From: Eledone cirrhosa
Lineage: Eukaryota
DNA length: 64,000 nucleotides
Direction: 5' to 3'
NCBI GenBank assembly: GCA_964016885.1
Contig: OZ024749.1
Location: forward strand, 27,156,001 to 27,220,000
The position numbers were made by a program, and so were the translations under genes. Of this stretch, positions 37,815 through 50,489 are shown in pieces; positions within the stretch are counted from its first letter, which is position 1, and every line of letters starts with the position of its first letter. The notes beneath the pieces were generated by a model, which was not told the origin of the DNA, searched no databases, and was given only the letters and a program-made list of their open reading frames with translations.

Positions 37815-37947
37815 ATTGAATTTGCTTTCATCTCTTCTTGTCGTGGAGAGAAGGCGTGGTAGGAGAGGATGACAAGATTGGCTATAAACTCCCGCAGTAA
37901 CAGCTTACTAAATGGTTTGTGGAAGCTGGATAACTTCTTATTGATCC
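37815..37947 (-). CDS. RSPH10B: RSPH10B-like exon 11
   Basis: ctcaccag|...FHKPFSKLLLREFIANLVILSYHAF...AT|gtaagc. Confidence 0.88.
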
Positions 37948-39162
37948 CTGGTGAGGAGAGGGAGAAGAGAGAGAGAAAGTATTAGAGACATCAGTGGCAG
38001 TGGGGGGAGGTGGTGTGGTGTGGTGGTTGTGGTGAGTTGTAGTGGTGTGGTGGTGGTGTGGTGTTGTGTGGTAGTTGTGGTTTGGTGTGGTGGTGGTGTG
38101 GTGTGGTTGTGATGGTGGAGTTGTGGTGGTGTGGATACGGTGTGATGGTTGTAGTGATATAGTGGTGGTGGTGGTGCGGGGGTGGTGGTTGTAGAGGTTG
38201 TAGTGATGTGGTGTGGTGTGTGTTAGTGTAGTGTTAGTGGTGTGGTGGTTTGATGGTGATATGATGGAGGTGTAGTGATGGTTGTAGTGTGGTGGTGGGT
38301 GGTGGTGGTTGCAGTGTGGTAGTGATGGGATGATGATGGTTGTGTAGTAGTATTAGTGGTGGCAGTGGGGTGATGATGGCTGTGTAGTAGCAGTAGTGGT
38401 ATTGGTGTTGATGGTGGTGGTAATAGATTATCTATCAACCTCAAAAGGATGAAAGGGACAGGGTATAGGTGACCTCAACAAGATTTGAATCTCCTAAAAA
38501 TACTTCTTCTTCGCCCACTTATTCCTGAGAAGGTCAGAGCCCTCAAAAACTCCTTCCAGCAGGTCCTGGCAGAAGCAACCATCTCCAACTGAGCCAGCTG
38601 GATCCCAAGCGTGACCAGCCAAGCTTATGGATGTCATCCAACCATTTTTCTCGGGGTCTACCCCTGGGTCTCTTGCCGGTTGGTTTTGCACGTAAAATCT
38701 GTCCAGTGATTTGTTCCTTGGTGTGGTGCTGAATGGCAGGAAGACTCCTTGGTTGAATCAAGAAGTCAAAAATGCCATCCAAGCAAAGAAGGAAGCTTCC
38801 AAAGCTTGGCTTGGAAATAAGTCCTCCTCCTTGCACTTGTGGTACAAGCAGGCAAGGAAAATCACAGCAGAGACAGTAAAAACACTAAAAGGTATTTTTT
38901 TTTGTTTTTAACCTGTTGACTGCCGTGATTATTTTTACACAGCTACAGTTGCTGTGCTGGGGTTTTTTTTTCAGTAAAATGGCTATTTTGATTGACAAAC
39001 GTCACATCAATAAACTAGAAACAAGTTCATAACTTTGAAGTTATGAACTGTTGGAAATGAGTTAGGACAAGTTATCTCGACCATGGCACTGGAATGCATA
39101 CATGTTAGGATGAGTTATCTCATCTACAGTACTGAAAAGGTTAAAAGTGTGAAGGAACTTAC

Positions 39163-39349
39163 CAAGGATTCTATCCATCTGCATCAAAGTGAAGCCAAAA
39201 TGGTGGAAGCAACAGTCTTTGAGAAATCTCCAGAACTGCAGGTTTGTCATAAGGTAGACATTATCAATGGTAGTGTCCAGGCCCAAAGCAGCATAGAACA
39301 GGTAAACCTTCTTCAGGTAAGCTATATGTCTCCACACATTCTTACTTAC
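39163..39349 (-). CDS. RSPH10B: RSPH10B-like exon 10
   Basis: ttttcag|VSKNVWRHIAYLKKVYLFYAALG...QFWRFLKDCCFHHFGFTLMQMDRIL-G|gtaagt. Confidence 0.92.
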
Positions 39350-39379
39350 CTGAAAATAATTATGACAGCTGCAGTTATT

Positions 39380-39825
39380 ATAATTGTTAGTGTTGTTGTT
39401 AGTGGTGGTGGTGTTTGTGGTGTTGTTGTTGTTGTTGGTGGTGATGATGGTGATTATGATGTTAATAGTGGTGGTGATGGTAGTAGTGATGGTGGTGGTG
39501 GAGATGGTTGTGATGTTAGTGGTGGTGTTGTTGGTAGCTGTAGTGTTGTTATTGGTAGTGTTGTAGGTGCTGTTGTTGTTGGAGGTGCTATTATTGTAGT
39601 AGTATTAGTAATAGTAGTAATGGTGGTGGTGGTGGTGGTCTTAGTAGTAGTAGCAGCAGCAGCAGCAGTGACATGCAGAGCTCTAGGGATGCCCGGGGAT
39701 TTTAATATAAATCAATCAAATTTATTAAGTTCTATTCCCCAAATGATGCCCGGGGCAAATGCACAGTCGCCCCACCCCCTCCGCACACTACTGAGTAGTA
39801 GTAGTAATGGTGGTGGTGGTGGTCT

Positions 39826-39868
<43 letters not shown>

Positions 39869-39897
39869 GGTGGCGATGGTAGTAGCAGTAGTACTAC

Positions 39898-39979
<82 letters not shown>

Positions 39980-40020
39980 GGTGGTGGTGGTGGCGATGGT
40001 AGTAGCAGAAGTACTACTAC

Positions 40021-40075
<55 letters not shown>

Positions 40076-40137
40076 CGTAGTAGTAGTAGTAGTGGTGGTG
40101 GTGGTGGTGGTGGTGGTGGTAGTAGTGGTAGTAGTAA
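39380..40137. repeat. (GTG/GTA/GTT)n microsatellites
   Basis: Direct inspection; similar tracts at 38000-38420, 47065-47250, 48590-48730, 51805-52130 and 60765-61110. Confidence 0.9.
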
Positions 40138-40155
40138 AACCAACATCCTTCTTAC

Positions 40156-40265
40156 CTGCACCAGTTCTTTGTCAGGGTCCAGCTTTGGAGAATGTTTCAG
40201 TAAGGTGTGAACGTCCAATATGAAGTAAACATCAACTGACTTTGCTCTAAATTCCTTGGATAAGT
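40156..40265 (-). CDS. RSPH10B: RSPH10B-like exon 9
   Basis: ttctgtag|...LSKEFRAKSVDVYFILDVHTLLKHSPKLDPDKELVQ|gtaaga; phase-compatible on both sides. Confidence 0.8.
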
Positions 40266-40329
40266 CTACAGAAATATTTGACCAATGAGAGCAGCTTAAA
40301 TACATGTCAATGGGCAGCTGCCATGACAA

Positions 40330-43245
40330 CAAACCCACCCAGTCCACCCTGTATGTTGGTAGTAATGGTGACATGATAAAACAAACCCACCCAGTCCACC
40401 CTGTATGGTGGTAGTAATGGTGACATGATAAAACAAAGCACCCAGTCCACCCTAATAAAACAAAGCACCCAGTCCACCCTGTATGGTGGTAGTAATGGTG
40501 ACATGATAAAACAAAGCACCCAGTCCACCCTGTATGGTGGTAGTAATGGTGACATGATAAAACAAAGCACCCAGTCCACCCTGTATGGTGGTAGTAATGG
40601 TGACATGATAAAACAAAGCACCCAGTCCACCCTGTATGGTGGTAGTAATGGTGACATGATAAAACAAAGCACCCAGTCCACCCTGCATGGTGGTAGTAAT
40701 GGTGACATGATAAAACAAAGCACCCAGTCCACCCTGTATGGTGGTAGTAATGGTGACATGATAAAACAAAGCACCCAGTCCACCCTAATAAAACAAAGCA
40801 CCCAGTCCACCCTGTATGGTGGTAGTAATGGTGACATGATAAAACAAAGCACCCAGTCCACCCTGCATGGTGGTAGTAATGGTGACATGATAAAACAAAG
40901 CACCCAGTCCACCCGGTATGGTGGTAGTAATGGTGACATGATAAAACAAAGCACCCAGTCCACCCTGTATGGTGGTAGTAATGGTGACATGATAAAACAA
41001 AGCACCCAGTCCACCCTAATAAAACAAAGCACCCAGTCCACCCTGTATGGTGGTAGTAATGGTGACACAATAAAACAAAGCACCCAGTCCACCCTGTATG
41101 GTGGTAGTAATGGTGACATGATAAAACAAAGCACCCAGTCCACCCTGCATGGTGGTAGTAATGGTGACATGATAAAACAAAGCACCCAGTCCACCCTGCA
41201 TGGTGGTAGTAATGGTGACATGATAAAACAAAGCACCCAGTCCACCCTGTATGGTGGTAGTAATGGTGACATGATAAAACAAAGCACCCAGTCCACCCTG
41301 CATGGTGGTAGTAATGGTGACACGATAAAACAAAGCACCCAGTCCACCCTAATAAAACAAAGCACCCAGTCCACCCTGCATGGTGGTAGTAATGGTGACA
41401 TGATAAAACAAAGCACCCAGTCCACCCTAATAAAACAAAGCACCCAGTCCACCCTGTATGGTGGTAGTAATGGTGACATGATAAAACAAAGCACCCAGTC
41501 CACCCTGCATGGTGGTAGTAATGGTGACATGATAAAACAAAGCACCCAGTCCACCCTGCATGGTGGTAGTAATGGTGACATGATAAAACAAAGCACCCAG
41601 TCCACCCTGTATGGTGGTAGTAATGGTGACATGATAAAACAAAGCACCCAGTCCACCCTGTATGGTGGTAGTACTGGTGTCATGATAAAACAAAGCACCC
41701 AGTCCACCCTGCATGGTGGTAGTAATGGTGACATGATCAAACAAAGCACCCAGTCCACCCTGCATGGTGGTAGTAATGGTGACATGATAAAACAAAGCAC
41801 CCAGTCCACCCTGCATGGTGGTAGTAATGGTGACATGATAAAACAAAGCACCCAGTCCACCCTAATAAAACAAAGCACCCAGTCCACCCTGTATGGTGGT
41901 AGTAATGGTGACATGATAAAACAAAGCACCCAGTCCACCCTGCATGGTGGTAGTAATGGTGACATGATAAAACAAAGCACCCAGTCCACCCGGTATGGTG
42001 GTAGTAATGGTGACATGATAAAACAAAGCACCCAGTCCACCCTGTATGGTGGTAGTAATGGTGACATGATAAAACAAAGCACCCAGTCCACCCTAATAAA
42101 ACAAAGCACCCAGTCCACCCTGTATGGTGGTAGTAATGGTGACACAATAAAACAAAGCACCCAGTCCACCCTGTATGGTGGTAGTAATGGTGACATGATA
42201 AAACAAAGCACCCAGTCCACCCTGCATGGTGGTAGTAATGGTGACATGATAAAACAAAGCACCCAGTCCACCCTGCATGGTGGTAGTAATGGTGACATGA
42301 TAAAACAAAGCACCCAGTCCACCCTGTATGGTGGTAGTAATGGTGACATGATAAAACAAAGCACCCAGTCCACCCTGCATGGTGGTAGTAATGGTGACAC
42401 GATAAAACAAAGCACCCAGTCCACCCTAATAAAACAAAGCACCCAGTCCACCCTGCATGGTGGTAGTAATGGTGACATGATAAAACAAAGCACCCAGTCC
42501 ACCCTAATAAAACAAAGCACCCAGTCCACCCTGTATGGTGGTAGTAATGGTGACATGATAAAACAAAGCACCCAGTCCACCCTGCATGGTGGTAGTAATG
42601 GTGACATGATAAAACAAAGCACCCAGTCCACCCTGCATGGTGGTAGTAATGGTGACATGATAAAACAAAGCACCCAGTCCACCCTGTATGGTGGTAGTAA
42701 TGGTGACATGATAAAACAAAGCACCCAGTCCACCCTGTATGGTGGTAGTACTGGTGTCATGATAAAACAAAGCACCCAGTCCACCCTGCATGGTGGTAGT
42801 AATGGTGACATGATCAAACAAAGCACCCAGTCCACCCTGCATGGTGGTAGTAATGGTGACATGATAAAACAAAGCACCCAGTCCACCCTGCATGGTGGTA
42901 GTAATGGTGACATGATAAAACAAAGCAGCCAGTCCACCCTGTATGGTGGTAGTAATGGTGACATGATAAACAAAGCACCCAGTCCACCCTGTATGGTGGT
43001 AGTACTGGTGACATGATAAAACAAAGCACCCAGTCCACCCTGTACGGTGGTAGTAATGGTGACACAATAAAACAAAGCACCCAGTCCACCCTGTACGGTG
43101 GTAGTAATGGTGACACAATAAAACAAAGCACCCAGTCCACCCTGTACGGTGGTTGTAGTGGCGACATGAGGGGAAAAAAATACCCAGTCCATCATGTATG
43201 GTAGTACTGGTGACATGATAAAACAAAGCACCCAGTCCACCCTGT
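40330..43245. repeat. 51-bp/27-bp minisatellite with 1077-bp higher-order duplication
   Basis: ATAAAACAAAGCACCCAGTCCACCCTGTATGGTGGTAGTAATGGTGACATG; the variant pattern recurs at a 1077-bp offset. Confidence 0.95.
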
Positions 43246-43272
43246 CAAATTTGGGTAATGTCAAGAAGTCAT

Positions 43273-43322
<50 letters not shown>

Positions 43323-43386
43323 GAGAGAGAGACAGTGGGCAGGAGAGAGAATGAGGGAGGTTTAGCAGTAAAGTGAAATAACTAAC

Positions 43387-43501
43387 ATCTAGACTGTTGA
43401 TCAACAAGAGCAGGAAGTCCCTTGATTAGAGTATTACTTGGTAAACCATTATTCTCAAACAGTCCTTCATAGACTTCTCCAGTTCTTTGGGTGAACTTAG
43501 C
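43387..43501 (-). CDS. RSPH10B: RSPH10B-like exon 8
   Basis: ctctccag|AKFTQRTGEVYEGLFENN...QQSR-T|gttagt. Confidence 0.85.
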
Positions 43502-43973
43502 CTGGAGAGAGAAACGGAAAGATTTGAAGAAAATCAAGATTTCCACGAAATAAATCAAGACAGTGAATGTAGAATATTAAAGGTTGGAGAAGAATAAAGC
43601 AACCAAGCTTCGTTGGATGTGTAGTGTTAATTTGTATAAGAGCGAAAGACTTGCACTGGTATGGACATGTGATGTATATGGATGATGATTGTCAGGTGAA
43701 AAAATGCCAAGAAATCCCAGTGGAAGGAAGCTGCAGTAGAGGAAGACATCTTTTGTCACATCACCAGTCTGAGGAGCAGATCAATACAGGAGTCGGGTCC
43801 ATAACTCCTATGGGTCACCTTGAGCCAATCCTCTGCGAAACGAGTGTAACAGGTCGATACGCAATATTTTTCATATATAAACGAAACTTCTTAATTTTTT
43901 CTATTATATACACCCTGCCTGCGCATAGAGTGTTTGATTTGGTACCAACACCAGTGTTTCACCATACTACCTA

Positions 43974-44008
<35 letters not shown>

Positions 44009-44065
44009 GCCAAGAAATTCCAGTGGAAGGAAACTGCAGTAAAGGAAGACCTGGGTATAATGGGA

Positions 44066-44111
<46 letters not shown>

Positions 44112-44168
44112 GCCAAGAAATTCCAGTGGAAGGAAACTGCAGTAAAGGAAGACCTGGGTATAATGGGA

Positions 44169-44194
<26 letters not shown>

Positions 44195-44208
<14 letters not shown>

Positions 44209-45213
44209 TGTGGTTGTCTGTCTGTCTATCGATTTTTGGCACACATCTCCTCTTAGAATCTCTCACGGAATTGCACCGAAATTGCTATACTTGTACATTG
44301 AGCCCTAGCGAAGACATCGGAAAAAAAATATTTCAAATTGACCCACCCTATGTGACGAAATCGAATATAATGTATCGATTTTTGAGCGTAAGTGATCAGT
44401 TATTTCCCTTTGTTCTGTTTACATTGAGCGTCTTACGTAAAAAATTACGCTGGCTTTCTCAGCGTTTAAAATACAATACACGAACAGTTGTCGAGCCAGC
44501 AAAATATTGACCTGCAAAATTCATCAGTTCGAACACTAAGCTTCCGTTTTGCTTCATTTCCATTTAAAAGCATTTTAAAACAATATTTTTACTTGAAAAC
44601 AAGTCTATTTAAAGACTACGTAAAACAAGCAAATATTTCGTCGTTAGGCGTGCAGACAGACAGTCGTGCAGACAGACAGTCGTGCAGAGAGGTGATATAC
44701 GCGTGCAGACAGACAGTCGTGCAGAGATGCAGAGAGGTGATATAGGCGTGCAGACAGACAGTCGTGCAGAGAGGTGATATAGGCGTGCAGACAGACAGTC
44801 GTGCAGAGAGGTGATATAGGCGTGCAGACAGACAGTCGTGCAGAGAGGTGATATAGGCGTGCAGACAGACAGTCGTGCAGAGAGGTGATATAGGCGTGCA
44901 GACAGACATAACTGATAATTTGGTTACGCTAATGTTTTTCTCTGCGTTGCAGTGTTTACATTTTCGATCTTTGTTAATAAATAACCAGTGCAGTTTTTAT
45001 CCCCAGCATCCTCTTTTGTTATAACATTCGGGTTATCGTTATGTTTTCTTAACTTCATAAGGCATATTGTTGGTTGAGGGAATATTAATCAAAAACACCA
45101 CATGCAAGTCTGCACAGTAGACACTACAGTTTTTAAGCCAAGAAAGAAACTTAACATTGTAACTTTAACACAGCTACTGAGCGACCCCGAGCAACGCCGG
45201 GCTTTACTGCTAG
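44195..45213 (+). mobile_element. Non-autonomous Helitron with internal 37-bp tandem repeat (about 44648-44907)
   Basis: 5' TATAAAAC..(GTCT)n; 3' hairpin CCCGAGCAACGCCGGG followed by CTAG|T. Confidence 0.8.
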
Positions 45214-45300
45214 TATATATATATTTATATATATATATAAAGTGCCAAGAAATCCCAGTGGAAGGAAACTGCAGTAAAGGAAGACCTGGGTATAATGGGA

Positions 45301-45363
<63 letters not shown>

Positions 45364-45557
45364 ATTTATATATATATATATGAAATGCCAAGAAATCCCA
45401 ATAAAAGTAAGCTGCAGACCTGGACACAAACACATAGAGAGACACTTAAACATACTCACAAACACACACACACACACACAGATACACAAAGACAGATACA
45501 GTTAAACACAGCCACAGACGCAGACACACACATACACACAAAAGACTATATACTCAC

Positions 45558-45734
45558 AAGGCCATGTTTCTTATCTTCAAACCATTCTCCTTTATATTTG
45601 GAACCATCGGCATAATAAAATGTTCCTTGTCCATGTCGTTTACCATCAACAAAGTTACCTTTATACAGGTTCTGGGCATTAAACTGTGAGTTTAGGGACC
45701 TGTAGGTCATCCACATATGTTCTCCATAGCCATT
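45558..45734 (-). CDS. RSPH10B: RSPH10B-like exon 7
   Basis: caacag|NGYGEHMW...[36 protein letters not shown]|gtgagt. Confidence 0.95.
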
Positions 45735-46167
45735 CTGTTGGGGAGACCAAGACAGAGTGATTATATAGCTAGACGCTGAAAAACCATGTGCGTCAATCAG
45801 TTCTCCTAAATGTTTTGAGGTGAAACGTACCAATTTTCTGGGTACTTGCTGATGAGAGCAGAAGATGGAATTTTTCACTTTTTCAATTATCGAAACTTAT
45901 TTGGGTTTTGAAGTTTAAACTTATCTACGGAACAGGTTTGGATTTTGAAATTTAAATTTGTCCAAGTACCACGGCCATTGCCAATATGGGTTTGTTTTTA
46001 TTGATTTATTATTTTAAATCGAGACAGGCAAACTGTATTAATCTAATTAGTATTTTTCAATCTAGCTAACTTGGTCATTTACAATGCAAACACTGATATG
46101 ATTGTATTAGTGTTTATCATATATATTAATTTATATTAACTTGTATATATATATATATATTTTTATA

Positions 46168-46447
46168 CTTTGGGAGGGTCATGTTGCCAATAAAAACACA
46201 TGCACATGTTGGTTTACACCTCAATTTATTATAAATTTCCGGTTGGTTGGTTGGTTGGTTGGTTGAATAACCGGATGGTTGTTTATATATTGTCAAAGCT
46301 GTTTCATCACACATTCTGTGACCTCCTCAGTAACTATGTTTTTATTTTATGTGTCTCTCCTTTGTTCTGTCCTACACCATCTTCAATAAATTGAAGTGAA
46401 AACCAACAGGTGCATGTGTTTTTATTGGCAACATGACCCTCCCAAAC
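46168..46447. mobile_element. MITE with about 37-bp perfect TIRs
   Basis: TTTGGGAGGGTCATGTTGCCAATAAAAACACATGCAC and its exact reverse complement; TA flanks. Confidence 0.8.
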
Positions 46448-47279
46448 TATAACAATATCTGTTTCAACACAGGTTTTCAGATAAGAGATCTCACAAATAT
46501 ATATGTTATTACTTTCAAAGTTAAGGATGTCATGATTGATATAGAGTCAAACATATGTCATGTCTCTAAAAAAACAGCTCATAGAAAAAATTCGAAGAAT
46601 AAATTTGAGCATTCAATCATTATAAAATAGTCAAGGATATATATATCTATACACACATAAATATCCTAGGATATAAATGCATATTAAGACATTAAATTTC
46701 AACAAGAGACAATTTGCACAGATCTGTCTTAACCCTTTAGCATTCACGTTACTCTCCCTATAATTACTATTATATTTTCATGGTAAATGCTTTACCTCAC
46801 ATAATTATCTCACATAATATCGAATCTATGAGATTTTGAAAGTATTTATTTTGAGAACAATACCTTAACATCAGTTTGAGCGACCAGTTACAGCCAGTTT
46901 CAACAGAATGAGGTAGAGAATTCTGGCCGGTTTTGGCCGGTTTGAACATTAAAGGGTTAATATGCATTTATATCCTAGGATATTTATGTGTGTATAAATA
47001 TATATTATTCACTATTTTATACACACACACGCACACACATATATATATATATACATACATATATATATGGTAGTGGTGGTGGTGACAATGGTGATGAAGA
47101 TGGCGATAATGATGATGATGATGGTAGAAGTGATGACAATGACGATGGTGGTGGTGGTTATGATGATAATGACGGTGATGATGATAATGGTGGTGCTGAT
47201 GATGATAGTGATGGTGGTGGTGGTGACAGTGACAATGATGATGATGATGATAGACACATAAAAACATGAGCTAAATTAC

Positions 47280-47501
47280 CTGTACGCCATTAAACCAATG
47301 TCCAGTGTATACTTCCAAATCCTTTGGTCGACCCTCAACAAACCATTTCATCACACCTTCCACATTTGGTTTATTTTTGAACCAGAATCCCTCAAAGATG
47401 TTGTTGCTGGTATATCTCTCTAAGCCCCACCCATGGGGAAGGTCATTCTGCCAGTCCCCATGGAAGAATGACTGGCTCTCCTCATCAAATTGCATGCAGC
47501 C
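47280..47501 (-). CDS. RSPH10B: RSPH10B-like exon 6
   Basis: attttag|GCMQFDEESQSFFHGDWQNDLPHGWG...YTGHWFNGVQ|gtaatt. Confidence 0.93.
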
Positions 47502-47629
47502 CTAAAATAGCAATATCAATAATGCGTTGGTCACCAAAGAAGTCGAGGCTCGAACTGCTAGAAATAGCAGCTAAACGCCCCTCAAGCCACACATATCAAT
47601 AACCACCACTACCACCACCACCACACCAA

Positions 47630-47661
<32 letters not shown>

Positions 47662-47704
47662 TTACTAGTACTACTACTGCTGCTGCTACTGCTACTGCTG
47701 CTGC

Positions 47705-48485
47705 TAATAATGGTTTCTTATTTTAGGCACATGGCCAGCAATTTTGGGGGAGGGGAAAGTCGATTAAATTGATCCCAGTGCGTGACTGGTACTTTATTTT
47801 ATCGACCCCGTAAGGATGAAAGGCAAAGTTAACCTCGGCAGGATTTGAACTCAGATCATAAAGGGCCGTAACTCTATGCTGCAAAGCATGGCGTCCGACC
47901 CTCTACTGATACTGCCAATCCACCGCCCTACTGCTGTTGCTAATAATTGTTTCAACTTTAGGCACATGGCCAGTAATTTTGAAGGGGAAGGTGAACATCG
48001 ATTAAATCGACCCCAGTGAGTGACTGGTACTTTATTTTATCGACCCCGTAAGGATGAAAACAAAGTTAACCTCGGCAGGATTTGAAATAATAACTGTTTC
48101 TACTTTTGGCACAAGGCCAGCAATTACCCAGTACATTACTGGTATTTTATTTGATTTTTTATATAAGCACAAGGCCAACAATTTTTGAAGGGAAGGGAAA
48201 GTCAATTAAATTGACGCCAATGCATTACTGGTACTTTATTTTATCGACCCCATAAGGTTCATAGGCAAAGCTAACCTCAGCAGGAAATAATAATAAATGT
48301 TTCTACTTTTGGCACAAGGCCAGCAATTACCCAGTGCATTACTGGTACTTTATTTTATCAACCCCGTAAGGATGAGAGGCAAAGTTAACCTCGGCGGGAT
48401 TTGAACTCAGACTATAAAGGGCCGTAACTCTTTGTTGCAAAGCATGGTGTCTGACCCTCTACCGATACTGCCAATCCACTGCCTT
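47705..48485 (-). mobile_element. Cluster of tandem SINE copies
   Basis: About 5 full or partial copies of the same SINE, head-to-tail. Confidence 0.85.
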
Positions 48486-48804
48486 AAATAAAGGTCTCAG
48501 CAACCCCTCGTGTCTTACCAATAGACCACGAAGACTGCCATAGCAGGAAATGATGATAATAATTCTTTTTCATGGCTGACATGAGGTTAAACAACTACTA
48601 CCACCACCACTGCTATTACTACTACTACCACCACCACCACCACCACCACCACCACCACCACCACCACCACTACTACTACTACTACTTCTACCACCACCAC
48701 CACCACCACCACTACTATTACTACTACTAATTCAGGGCTGACCCACACCTAAACAACAACAACATTGACTATCTCACAACATAAAAAGGTAAAAATTGAC
48801 TCCC

Positions 48805-48919
48805 CTTTCCATGTTTTTTCCCCTTAAACCAGTAACCAGTGTAACATTTTCCTTGTGACTTCCAGTTGTAGACTCCATAACCATGTCGCATACCATTTAA
48901 GACTTCTCCTTCATAGGTA
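48805..48919 (-). CDS. RSPH10B: RSPH10B-like exon 5 (donor reads GG; 3' boundary uncertain)
   Basis: gttgcag|...TYEGEVLNGMRHGYGVYNWKSQGKCYTGYWFKGKKHGK|gggagt. Confidence 0.85.
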
Positions 48920-48959
48920 CTGCAACAGATATACATCAAATACAGTGACAGTAGAGTGG

Positions 48960-49800
48960 TAGAGGGCTATAGTACCTTACCAACACGTTTCAGTAACTAT
49001 AGAGATGGTAGAAGGCCATAGTACCCCACCAACACACCAGGCCACTATAGAGACAGTAGAAGGCCATAGTACCCCACCAACACACCAGGCCACTATAGAG
49101 ACAGTAGAAGACCATAGTACCCCCACCAACACACCAGGCCACTATAGAGACAGTAGAAAGCCATAGTACCCCACCAACACACCAGGCCACTATAGAGACA
49201 GTAGAAGACCATAGTACCCCACCAACACACCAGGCCACTATAGAGACAGTAGAAGGCCATAGTACCCCACCAACACACTTAGACCACTATAGAGACAGTA
49301 GAAGGCCATAGTACCCCACCAACACACTTAGGCCACTATAGAGACAGTAGAAGGCCATAGTACCCCACCAACACTCTTAGGCCACTATAGAGACAGTAGA
49401 AGGCCATAGTACCCCACCAACACACTTACGCCACTATAGAGACAGTGGAAGGCCATAGTACCCCACCAACACACTTAGGCCACTATAGAGACAGTAAAAG
49501 GCCATAGTACCCCACCAACACACTTAGGCCACTATAGAGTCAGTAGAAGGCCATAGTACCCCACCAACACACTTAGGCCACTATAGAGAAAGTAGAAGAC
49601 CATAGTACCTCTACCAGCATTCTAGGCCACTATAGAGACAGTAGAGGCTATAGTACCCCACCAACAAACTTAGGCAACTATAGAGACAGTAGAAGGCCAT
49701 AGTACTCCCACCAACAAACCCCAGTCACTATAACAACAGTAGAAGGCCATAGTACCCTCACCAACACACCTCACTCACTACAGTGGTTGTAGCAGGCTAT
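48960..49800. repeat. 48-bp minisatellite, about 17 copies
   Basis: GGCCATAGTACCCCACCAACACACCAGGCCACTATAGAGACAGTAGAA. Confidence 0.95.
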
Positions 49801-49987
49801 AGTGCTCTGACCAATACATCTCAGCCATTACTTGCTTTATAGCCAAATGCCCATCTTGATACCAAACCTTTTAGTTCCCTCGTACAACATGAAAGGGTCA
49901 TGGTGAAGCTGTTCAAAAAACCAGGATACACAAGGTATGAAAGATAAAACAAACTAACAAACTGAAGACACAAACATTCAATAAATC

Positions 49988-50395
49988 TATAACGTGGATT
50001 ACGTGTCGCTGGAGATATTAATATAGTTATCGATTCAGAAGGCAATGACGAAAACGACATAATCCATTATAACAAAAATTCCCTTTTATTTGTTGTACAA
50101 ATATGGAATCAAAATAACAAGAGAAGGTTGAGCAAGTCTTCACATCGTGTTGGCTGCATATTCCAGTGGAGATGTGAAAGAATGTGGCATATCGAATGTC
50201 GGACGTCTTGATGCTACCAGGTCGTTCAGTGAACTTTGTCTCTCTGCCCTGTCAGCCAACTGTGTCTCTGGTCCAAGTAGTCCAGCAACTTGTCTCGATC
50301 CGCTGAGGGCCTTGATTGGCTCACACTTCAGCCAACTTACCTCTGTGACACCATTCTTCCGCCAAAGGAAAATACATTTAATTCTGTTCACTACA
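49988..50395 (-). mobile_element. Probable solo LTR
   Basis: Termini TATAACGTG...CACTACA (one TG mutated to TA); AATC flanks at 49984-49987 and 50396-50399; minus-strand AATAAA at 50085-50090. Confidence 0.6.
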
Positions 50396-50430
50396 AATCA
50401 ATAGATTCAATAGAGTTTAATAAATCTTAC

Positions 50431-50489
50431 CTACTATCCAGGTAGGTATATGTTCCTTTACCCGTGATGTGGTTCAACATAAAATCTCC
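50431..50489 (-). CDS. RSPH10B: RSPH10B-like exon 4
   Basis: ttaccag|GDFMLNHITGKGTYTYLDS-AG|gtaaga. Confidence 0.9.

Noticed and set aside
39083-40210. 375-aa Gly/Ser/Val-rich ORF
   Set aside because: Antisense to RSPH10B exons 9-10 plus microsatellites.
40307-43264. 985-aa and 863-aa ORFs as repetitive structural proteins
   Set aside because: Translations of an intronic 51-bp minisatellite, open on both strands only because the unit is 3n and stop-free.
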